Below the pieces are notes generated by a model. The model made no database searches and was not told the DNA's origin. It saw only the letters and a list, made by a program, of their open reading frames with translations. From assembly GCA_037447605.1 (NCBI GenBank), contig CM074804.1:1364001-1428000 (forward strand): a stretch of DNA of 64,000 nucleotides, written 5' to 3'. This DNA comes from Zygnema circumcarinatum SAG 698-1b (lineage: Eukaryota; Plantae; Zygnematophyceae). Below are positions 13,025-27,400 of the stretch, piece after piece (position 1 is the stretch's first letter; each line of letters starts with the position of its first letter). The position numbers were made by a program, and so were the translations under genes.

Positions 13025-13817
13025 GACACACACCCCAGGCTGCGTAGGTGTTGCCGCGCTTGACCAGTGAGTCTCACTTGTTGCAGGGAGGTGGCGGTGC
13101 AGTTGTGATGTTCTTCAGATTTGTGACGTCATGTGAGATCCAACAGCGGACGGAGTTCTTTGAGCCCTTCATCCTCGGCACGAGCGACATGACCGCGGTC
13201 AAGGTGAGGAAGAAAAGGGGAGGGGAGAAGAAGAGGGAGGAAACCCAATGTTGTTGGCCATGTCACCCCCCACCACCTTGAGTTATGTCGCAGCTTGATG
13301 AAGTCTTTTGTTACAGCATGTCACGTCACGTCACGTCACGTTACGTCACGTCACATAACATCACATCACCCCCCATTACATGATCAGTTGTCCTTCCATG
13401 CGTCCCAAGCATGTGACGTGTCAAACAAATATTTTTGGCATGAAGTTGAACTGAGCTTGAACTTGAACATAGGACTGTAATAAGATTGCTTTTTCTCATG
13501 GGCAGATACTGTTGTCCCAACATTGACAGTTTTGCAGAACTTGCGTGGAGCCAATGGGAGAAGAGAGTGACCACATCCACATCATCGCTCTCTCGGATGC
13601 CCTGCAAGTGCCTGTAAGAGTGGTCTACTTGGATGGGAGCACATCCGGAGGAGGCAGCAGCCAAGAGTCAGCGGAAGTCAACCACCACGACTTCATTCCA
13701 GGCGGAGAGAGTGAGGGGAGTGGAGCTGTGGGAGGAGGAGAGGGAGAGCCTCTCGTTGTGTTGCTTTATCGGCCCGGTCACTACGATATCCTTTATCCAA
13801 AGAAGAGAGCTTCTTGA
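9967..13817 (+). CDS. OTU1: Otubain-family deubiquitinase (OTUB1/AtOTU1-like), 8 exons: 9967-10260, 10400-10465, 10769-10852, 11761-11883, 12115-12167, 12594-12643, 13103-13203, 13530-13817
   Basis: Catalytic motifs RRARGDGNCFFRSF, VEPMGEESDHIHIIALSDAL and LLYRPGHYDILY. All junctions are in phase. Confidence 0.95.
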
Positions 13818-14567
13818 GAGAGGAGGGAGGGAGAGTTCGCACTCCCAACTGGTCCCATAGTCGAAGTCAGGGAAGAGTTGAGGGAAGGGAGATGTAGACG
13901 GGTAATGGAGAGAGTTCCAATAGTTATTATGTGGGAGAGCCATGGACGAGGTGGTGGCGGAGAGGTGATGAGAGAGTGGAATGGGATAGATGTGGGCGAG
14001 AGGGAAGTGAGAGACATGGTCCATTGGAGATTGTCATTCCTCTGCTTTTAATCGGAGAAAACGAAGTTGTTTGCATGTCGGCTGCCTCCTTTTACCAATT
14101 ATAGCCTCAATTAACTAAATAACTATGGCTGAAACTGTTGCTCTTCGCGTGAGGTGAGAGGATGAAGGCGGAATCGCAGACAGATAGAAAGTCTGAGTAG
14201 CGCAAGAAGGGCGCGGGTCTAACAGAAAGCTTTTCTGTTCTTTGTAAAAATTACCGAAAATTTTCACTATTTGGAAAACCCGCCACCGACTGCAACGTCT
14301 GCAGTAGTCCGTACAATATCGACCCGTCGGAATATGAGAACGCGATGCGGTATAGTGCAGTATATCATCAATATACCGTGCTGTGCCAATTTTACTTTAT
14401 CAAGAGATATATTGCAAGCTTCTAAAAATGCGCGGTTCAAGCTCCTCCTTAGACCACTGACCCTCGATAAAGTAAACCCATCCCTCACAGGCGCCCAAAC
14501 GGCAACGATGTGTCGGAGCCCCTCCGGCCATGGCGGATGGCTCGGTGGGACACGTGGCCCTCGCTGA

Positions 14568-18441
<3,874 letters not shown>

Positions 18442-19383
18442 GATTCTGAACCCTAAACCCTAAAGCTTGCAGACCGGGAGTGGATGGGAGTTGGGCTGCA
18501 AGTCATGAGTTCAATTGTGTGTGGCCTGCGCTTAAGTGTAGAGTGGGAAGAGAGAACGAAGGGAGAGGGAAGAGAGTGGGGAGAGGGAAGAAGAGAGGAG
18601 AGATAGCGCGTCTTTTAAGTGGTATGTAGAAAAATAATAGTATTTTTGTCAATAGTTCAACTTTTTTTTCTGTATTCTTTTTCAGACATTCATTCTTTCA
18701 TTTTTTCAAAAATAGCAAACTTATTCTCAGCGACATTTGAGCCTCGGTTTCCCTCGTCTGAATGTGGGAGAGCATGTAGAGCATTCGTGACATCACATGC
18801 ATCACATCCATGACATCACATCCACCATGCCATCACTCGCATCATGACGTCCATGAGAGTTGTAATCGTCTCGATATCAATCTCTTGAAACGAGGAGAAA
18901 AGTCCCTTCACTGTACAATTTTTCCCGATAGGGCCATGGATGATGTGAAGCGATAAGGGATAAGGGTCCCGAGCAAGAGGAGAGAGTGCTTGTGCAAGAC
19001 AGGTCCACCTCCTCATTCCCACATACCCTCCATGGCTTCTTTTTTTCTTTCTTTCTTTCTTTCTTTCCCCCGCACCTGTTCAGCCAACCAGGCTGTGGTG
19101 AGTGGAAGGAGGCAAGGGAGAAGGAGAGGAGGGGAGGGGGGGTGGGAACGGAGGGGTTGACGGAGAGGGAGAGAGGGGGGCGGTAGAGGGCAAGGGTGAA
19201 GAGGGGAAGATGAAGCGAAAAGGGTAAGAGACCTTTCTATCTGGAAGCGTCCTTAAAACTCACCCAATCTGTACCAACCATATCTATCTCAAGGCGCAGT
19301 GCACCTTGAGGTGATGTTGTTTCATCGGCTGCACTCAGTTGACTACTCGCCTGACTCTGTTGACTTGGTTGACCCGGTCGGCC

Positions 19384-19592
19384 TCATGTAGGCTCTGCAG
19401 CTCCCCGCGGTTCTGAAGCAGCGGGAAGGCGGGGAGTGAGCTGCTCTGCTTTCCTCCTCTCGTACTCCTCAAGCTTCTCTCTCACCATCTCTCCCATCGC
19501 AGCGGGAGACGGTCCCGCTCTGCCTGCACACCAATCCTTAATCGGGTGTTGCGAACTTTGTTTAAGAAATTTCATTAGTTGAATAATGCATT

Positions 19593-19626
<34 letters not shown>

Positions 19627-21673
19627 ACCTCCCATGACTGCCTTCCGTGCCTCGGCATACTCTGCAGAATTGCGGTCCAGATCAGCTAAGTTCAGCTTGT
19701 CCACCTGTTACCAGCCGGCATTGAAAAAACGGCATTTAACAAAAAAAGGCAGCTAATATTCAAAAACAGGTTTTTGGAGTTTTAGGGAAGGCAGGAGAAT
19801 GCTGACATCTAATGCAAAGAATTTTCAATAAACTTCAGAAAAAGGTCAGTTATCAGTCAACATCGCCTTTGTATGTGAATGCAATATGAAGAAAGGAGGG
19901 TGAGATAACGTGCATTCACGTAAGAGATCGAGAGAGAGAGAGAGAGAAGAGAGAGAGAAGGGGGGTGGGCGAGGTCGATGGGTACAATAGGATGATTGAA
20001 GTATGCTTTTACGCTGGAAGCCCCCAACAGTCTGCGCCACATAAACCACACAACCCTTCACCGCCATTAAATACTAATTACCATTAAAAAAACAAAAATA
20101 GAAAAAAACGAAATGTAAGTAGCTAACAGTTCGAAAAGGCAACATTTCGCCCATCGTGATCTCTCTCTATCCTCTCTCGCTGACTGGAAAAAAGGGGAAG
20201 CAGGCTTACACCTCCCGCGCCTTCTCCTTTTTGAGCTGTGACTGCTCTGCGAGCTGCTTTGCTTTGTCCACTGCAGACGAGGCATTGCTTGCAGTACCGC
20301 CAATTATGAATGTGTTCGATTTTGACATCGTATTCATCACTAGAAAGGCATCTGCCAGCCGGTGCTCTTTGATGTTCAATGTCAATTCGTACAGTTGTTT
20401 CACATTTTCTGCATTCTCCACAGGATTAAGGTAATGTTTATTAGGGTTCTGCAGCATTCCAACATGCTCTTAGCACAGCATGCAGGCTTCTCGAACGGAT
20501 CTTTCATTCTCTATCTTTTACGAGTTCTGGTTTTCTTCAAAAAGCTCAGATAGGGGACGGAGGGGAGACAAAACCCTAGTAGACGAGGAAGGATGCTTAG
20601 TCAGAGAGTTAGCTTGAGGGAAGAAAGTCATGAGTGGAAGAGCGGCAAGAAAAGAGAGGCAAAGGGAGAGCGGGGAGGAGGAGGGAGTGGAATAGAGAGG
20701 AGGGGAAAAGATAATGCAAGAAGAAATAGAGAGTGAGCAGGGTTAGAGAAAGCCTCCTACCTTCTGCAAGATAGATGAGAGTCGGAGGCCGAGCCGGCTG
20801 TGTACGGTACAAGTAAAATAAAGCAAAAAGGGCTCCTAATCTTAAAGGCAAAGGCTGGTCTTCGTTCAAAAACCCTGTAAGAATAAATAATTACACCATG
20901 AATGCATACTGGTGCATATAAAAAGTAAGTCTTTCGAAGGTTTTGAAGTACAATGTCAAAGCCAGAGCGTGTGCTTACATATTTAAATGACAGTTTTAAT
21001 GAAGTTGAGCATAATAACTATAAATGATGTATACAGTAAAATGTGAAGCAGAGCGTTTAGGATTTCCCACCGAGTGCAGTAGAGAACAGGACCTGTGTGT
21101 AGGTCCGCCGGTCGATTGTTTTTGGCTTGCCTTCATGAATGAATGTGAAATTTCGAGACCGCCAAATCTCCCGAAAATGTGAAAGAGTATGTACATCGCC
21201 CTGGAAGAGGGGGAAGAACGATCACAGAATCAAAAGATGAAACGAGCAGAGCATATAACTGTGATTTAGTTTCACTCCCTAGCGTAAGAATGATTATGAA
21301 TTGCAATTTTACGAAAGAAACATGAAAAAAAAAATAGAAATATCCAAATCCAAGCACTATAGTTATCTCTAGACAAACAATAAGAGCGGCTCACTCAAAG
21401 CCGTCGTTTTTTCAATTTTTGAAAATTTTAACTATGTCAATACGATGAAGCAGTACTCTAAAACGTGTCTCTCCAAACAAAAGAATGGAGTAAACCCACT
21501 TCCTTCGACAATGGTTTTTCTTTAGACCTCCGCATTTACAGGATTTTTGGAATCATTTTTGGAATTGTTTTTATTTAGGTCAACCACATCTGAACGGAGG
21601 AAGAGGAATCGGGGACGAGAACAGAAGGAGACGCGAGAGGTGAAGGACAAGGAGGGAGGGGGGGGGGGAGCAA

Positions 21674-21717
<44 letters not shown>

Positions 21718-21742
21718 AAGAGAGAGTGAGAGCGAGAAATAT

Positions 21743-21797
<55 letters not shown>

Positions 21798-21887
21798 GAG
21801 AGAAAGAGGAGACGGGGGGCAAAGTAATACCTGTACAAAGGCCTCCAGCAATTCTTGTATGTCTCTCACATATCCTGGCGCCGCCAT
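19384..21887 (-). CDS. SNAPC1: snRNA-activating protein complex subunit 1 (SNAP43), 7 exons: 21887-21831, 21200-21071, 20874-20761, 20408-20210, 20031-19986, 19704-19629, 19523-19384
   Basis: YVRDIQELLEAFVQ, FREIWRSRNFTFIHEG and LPLRLGALFALFYLYRTQP match the SNAP43 N-terminal domain pattern. Phases are consistent; the 3' exons are less certain. Confidence 0.8.
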
Positions 21888-22102
21888 GGCAAACTTCTTA
21901 CAGAAAACCGTTCCTGTCAGGCTCAAAACCCTAACCCTAAAAGACTAAATCCTCATCGAGCAAGGAATTGAGAAGGCTCCAAACATTCTTGTGCGGTAGG
22001 GCTGGCAGGCTTTCATGTTTAAGTCATGACGTCCGCGTGCCGTCATGATAGGATCATTCATCGTTTGCCAACCTGCGCGTTCGAAGCCGGTTTCAAAACT
22101 TT

Positions 22103-23540
22103 CACAGTTCGGACCAGTGGATCGGCAACCATTGGACAACCATTGGATGGCAATGGTTGGACGTCTACTGGTCGGCAACCAGTCGACTGGTTGCCAACCA
22201 GTGGCGGCACTGGTTGGCAACCAGTCGACTGGTTGTGAACCAGTGGCATCCACTGGTTCCGAACCAGTCGACTGGTTGCCAACCAGTGGCATCCACTGGT
22301 TCCAAACCAGTCGACTGGTTGTGAACCAGTGGATGCCACTGGTTGGCAACCAGTCGAATGGTTGTTTCGATCCGGCGGCACTGGTTGGCAACCAGTCGAA
22401 TGGTTGTTTCGGTCCGCAACCACTGGCTGGCAACCAGTCGACTGGTTGCCAACCAGTCGACTGGTTGCGAACCAGTGGCATCCACTGGTTGGCAACCAGT
22501 CGAATGGTTGTTTCGATCCGGCGGCACTGGTTGGCAACCAGTCGACTGGTTGCCAACCAGTGGCATCCACTGGTTGGCAACCAGTCGAATGGTTGTTTCG
22601 ATCCGGCAGTACTGGTTGGCAACCAGTCGAATGGTTGTTTCGATCCGGCAGCACTGGTTGGCAACCAGTCGAATGGTTGTTTCGATCCGGCAGCACTGGT
22701 TGGCAACCAGTCGAATGGTTATATCCATTAAATCAAATGGTTGCCAACCATTGGATCACTGGTTCCGAACCAGTCGAATGGTTGTTTCAGTCCTGCCCCA
22801 CTGGTTCGCAACCAGTCGACTGGTTGCCAACCAGTCGACTGGTTGCCAACCAGTCGACTGGTTGTGAACCAGTGGATGCCACTGGTTGGCAACCAGTCGA
22901 ATGGTTGTTTCGATCCGGCGGCACTGGTTGGCAACCAGTCGACTGGTTGTGAACCAGTGGCATCCACTGGTTGGCAACCAGTCGAATGGTTGTTTCGATC
23001 CGGCAGCACTGGTTGGCAACCAGTCGAATGGTTGTTTCGATCCGGCGGCACTGGTTGGCAACCAGTCGACTGGTTGTGAACCAGTGGCATCCACTGGTTG
23101 GCAACCAGTCGAATGGTTGTTTCGATCCGGCAGCACTGGTTGGCAACCAGTCGAATGGTTGTTTCGATCCGGCAGCACTGGTTGGCAACCAGTCGAATGG
23201 TTGTTTCGATCCGGCAGCACTGGTTGGCAACCAGTCGAATGGTTATATCCATTAAATCAAATGGTTGCCAACCATTGGATCACTGGTTCCGAACCAGTCG
23301 AATGGTTGTTTCAGTCCTGCCCCACTGGTTCGCAACCAGTCGACTGGTTGCGAACCAGTGGCATCCACTGGTTGGCAACCAGTCGAATGGTTGTTTCGGT
23401 CCGCAACCACTGGTTGGCAACCAGTCGACTGGTTTGGAACCAGTGGATGCCACTGGTTGGCAACCAGTCGAATGGTTGTTTCGGTCAGCAACCACTGGTT
23501 GCCAACCAGTCGACTGGTTTGTCTAATGGTCCGATCTGTG
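22103..23540. mobile_element. Non-autonomous class II (DNA) transposon, 1438 bp, 14-bp TIRs, 8-bp TSD (hAT- or P-like), interior a palindromic array
   Basis: Left TIR CACAGTTCGGACCA (22103-22116). Right TIR TGGTCCGATCTGTG (23527-23540; reverse complement CACAGATCGGACCA, 13/14 match). Identical AAAACTTT at 22095-22102 and 23541-23548. No transposase ORF. Confidence 0.85.
22165..23520. repeat. Palindromic minisatellite: alternating ACCAGT/ACTGGT hexamers, 42-bp common unit, 524-bp higher-order repeat
   Basis: Recurrent ACTGGTT-NNN-AACCAGT, ACCAGTCGACTGGT and ACCAGTGG-CAT-CCACTGGT. The unit GTTTCGATCCGGCAGCACTGGTTGGCAACCAGTCGAATGGTT is 42 bp. The marker ATATCCATTAAATCAAATGG occurs at 22721 and 23245. 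Confidence 0.95.
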
Positions 23541-24427
23541 AAAACTTTCGTTTCGCGCCTTTCAGCTAAAGTGAAGAGTGGGAGACAGGGAGAGAGGGGG
23601 AGAGAGAGGGAGAGAGCGACAGGGAGCGGGACTTTAGAGGACAGCGGCTTCCTTGAGTTCCTTAATGCTGGTGTTATCCATAGACTGCTCTTGTGCAGAA
23701 TCTGCACAAGGAGGGTACCTGTATGCTTACTTAACGCGTTCCAGAATTGTAGCTCTTCCAATAATAATGTATCCAGTTTGTCCTTTGAAATCGCAATCAC
23801 AGGAGACATTACTGTCATGTTTCAATGTCGCCATGTTCGCTGAGATGCGTGTCCACACAGTGATCACTATAGACATGATGTATGGTCATCGCGATGTCGC
23901 TATTTTTCCATACATCAATGCATGTACGCAATGCGATAATCAGGAAAGAAGAAAGACACAGCTAAATTGTGCAGGTCCTTTATTCTTTATTACCATTAAA
24001 TATGCTCAGTCTGAGCAGAGTTTCTAACCACCAGATGAATCTTCACCTTTTTTGAACCACAAACTTAGCCCTAACAAGAGTGTTCTTCCAGGTGCTTCTG
24101 AACGAGCACCTGGAAGCAGCCGTTTGGCTGACTATTGCCGGCAGCAGGAAACGCAGAAGGAATCTAGGGTTAGGTCAGTAGGCATTTCTCAACCTTCCAT
24201 TCCCATTAAAAAGCCAAAAACAAGGTACGCTATGCTGATTTTAACACTTAAACCTTTTCTGAATTCTTCCGCCAGAAGAGACAGACCCTTCAATTAAATT
24301 ATGAGATAACCCTTAATAATCTGCAAATAAATATAGAACCGTGATCCAAAATTGGCGCCGGCGTGTTGAACCAACCCTCCATGTCCCTCGATAAAGTCGC
24401 CAGTGCTCCCTCAACCACTTTATAAAG

Positions 24428-27400
24428 TTACAAGCTGCCCTCGTCCATTCCTCTCATGTCGTTGGGCAGAGACGCGGACTTAGTCAAAATCGGAGCATCT
24501 TCGGACTCGCGTCCATTTCGGCTGCACCAAACAAAGAAACCACAAGCTGCTTTTGAGCCGTGACTTTAAAAAAGAGGCCGATAGAGAGAGAGAGAACTCC
24601 TCCAGCATCGTTATCTGATAGATTTTTACTCAATTACGTTTTTCATTTATTTCCATTTAAAACAGTGAATCACGTGTACTGTACCTGAGTGCTCGGAACA
24701 TGACGGAAGGAGAGAGCAGACCGGTCCCGGGACTCTTTTTAGGGTTGTGGCGTTGGACCAAGCGCTGTGCCAACTCCTCGGGGTCCACATCTGCAGGCAC
24801 AGCCGTCCCACCTCGATTCAGGTTTGCAGCAAAAAACTGAAGAGTCAGGTTTGCAGGAAAGGCTGAAAGTTCTAGAACCCTGAAGCTGGTGAAATCCCAA
24901 TCCTAAAACCCTAAAAACCCAAGAATACAGGAAACGCTGACCCTGAAACTCTAATCTTGGAATTCAAAACCCTAAGGCCCGTGAAACCAGGTACCCGAAA
25001 GCTCCTGAAACCCTCAAAATCCTCAAAACCCCTAAAACCCTTAAAACCCCTAATACCCCTCAAACCATGAAACCCTAAACCCTAAACCCCTTGCTTGCAG
25101 GCTGACCCTGCAGCTGCCTCCTCGGCCCCTCGCGGAAGGTCGCGCTCTCAGGGAGGGTGACGGCGGGGTCGATGTTGTCCGGCAGTCCGCGGTGGCGGCC
25201 CAACAGCATCAGCAACGCCACGATCATCTTCGCGCCGGGCTTCCACGCGCCTGCAGGGGGAGGGAGGGGAGGGTTCAGGGGGGGAAGGGTTCAGGGGGGG
25301 AGGGGTGGAGGAAAAGTAGGGTTGAGGGGGGTAGAGTTGAGGGGCGGGTAGGTTTGAGGGGGGGTAGGGTGGAGGGGGGGTAGCGTGAGGGGGGTGGGTA
25401 GAGTTGAGGTGGAGTAGGGTTGAGGGGGGGGTAGAGTTGAGGGGGGGTAGGGTTGATAGGGGGTAGGGTGGAGAGGGGGTAGGGTTGAAGGGGGGTAGAG
25501 TTGAGGGAGGGTAGGGTTGAGGGGGGTAAGGATTGAGGGGGGTAAGGATTGAGGGGGGTTAGGGAGGAGTACCACTCATGTCCATGAGATTTGTAATCAG
25601 AGCGAAATAAAAGCAAAATAAGAGTAAAAGTGACTACCTTTCTAGAAGATGAGAGACGAGCTTACCAACAAAGCTGTAAGTTGGAGAGACACATGTCTCC
25701 GAGGGGCTGCTGGGGACACACGTGTAGCCTATGGAGAGACCCACGTTTCCGTACGCACTGGAGAGTGTGAAGAAGGAAAAAGAAAGGAAAGGGGGGAGGG
25801 AAGTGAGGGAGGGAGGAAAACATTAAAATACTTTATACTTTAAACGTATATATATTTATATATGGGCATATACGTAGGAGAGTTGCTTTGAGAGGAAAAC
25901 ACCGGTGTTTGTTTTTAAGTCCGTTTAGGTTACTAGGGTCTGGAAGCTGGCTGAAGACCGTATGAACACTTGCAGAAGAAGAAAATTTCCATACCTTATG
26001 ACCTCAAAAAATATGTTAAAGATGGTGAAGTTACGGTCCGTTTCGATTTCATGGCTTTGAATTATACATATGATGAAAATTGCCAAAAAAATGAATGCCG
26101 AGTCTCTGGCGAGCAGCATTCGCCCCTGCGAGAGGAGGCTCTGATCCCTCTTGTCCTCCAAATCTCGAAAAATTCCGAGATCTAAATCATCGTATACTTC
26201 CGTTGACTCCCGCGAAGTTTGGCGGGAAAGGAAAACAGGATACACGGCAACATACCTACCTTGAAATAAAAAAGAAAATATGAAGTTTAATAATTAAAAA
26301 AAGCAAATTGAAAATGAATAGCGCTCGTAGAGAAGGATATACATAGCCTGACTAAGCTCTTAACTTCAGCTTCGAAAGGTGTTCTTCAGACCGCTAAGCA
26401 TGCCAGAAATCCTAAATCATGCTAGAAACCCTAAAAAGCAAGGAGAGAGAGAGAGAGAGAGAGGGGTTGCGCACATCATGACGATGTAGAGGACGAGCAT
26501 GGCGGGAGAGAGCTCGCCGAGAGTGAGAACAAGAAAGCCCGAACTTCTAGTGTTCAGAGACTGGAAGAGCCCTACTTGAATCTTGTAACCGCCTGCATAC
26601 AAAAAAGTAAAGTAGTCTCAAAACTGAAACAAATGGGCCCATATCCCTCCATTTGACCAAGTCATTTAAAAGCAAACTGATCAACACTACTTACAAAAAA
26701 AGGGGTCAAGAAAAGTGGGGCCGCGTGGTAATAATACTCTCCCACCCCCTCTCTCTCTCTCTCTCCCTCTCTCTCTCTCTCCCTCCCCCCTCCCCCCTCC
26801 CCCCTTTCTCTCTCTCTCTCTCTCTCGCTCTCCCCCCCTCTCTCTCTCTCTCTCCCTCTCTCTCTCTCTCTCCCCCTCTCTCTCCCTCTCTCTCTCCCCC
26901 TCTCTCTCTCTCACCTGAGAGCGGCTCCAACGCCGGCACATTCCAATCAAGAGAGCAGAAGGCGATGAGCTCCGACAGATTGAAGGCGACCACTGTCAGT
27001 ATCAGCCACGCCGTGACGTCACGCGGAAAGAGGTGCGTGTAGCAGCGTCGGGGGTGGTCCAAGAGGTACTTGATTGTCTCCTTATGCGCGGGCGGCGCGA
27101 GGGCGTGCAGGGCCCGCAGGACCCCCCTCAGAGTGGGCGCGTACATGGTGTTGCCGAGCAGGATAAGGGCACCCACCACCAATAGCAGGAAGGTCGCCCT
27201 CTGGAAGTCGAACAGACTGGCGGAGAGCAGCACCAGACCCGCGTTTTGGAACCCAGAGACAGTCTGCAGGGATAAGGGTTCAGGGTTTAGGGTTTAGGGT
27301 TTAGGGTTCAGGGTTTAGGGTGTAGGGTTCAGGGTTGGGTGGGATCCTCTGATTAGGATTTTAAAGTGGAAGGTTCGGGGTTCAGGGGTCAGGGTTCAAG

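Noticed and set aside
22165-23520. CRISPR array
   Set aside because: Repeats are palindromic, but the intervening sequences are 2-17-nt recurring linkers, not unique 25-45-nt spacers. No cas genes; eukaryotic context; TIR and TSD explain it as a transposon.
22045-23569. Long repetitive ORFs on both strands (e.g. GNQSNGCFDPAALV repeats)
   Set aside because: Open frames in nearly all six phases arise from a stop-poor palindromic repeat; there are no splice signals or protein family features.
23252-23818. Minus-strand ORF MTVMSPVIAISKDKLDTLLLEELQFW...
   Set aside because: No recognisable family; it runs into the transposon array and lies downstream of the completed Trk gene.
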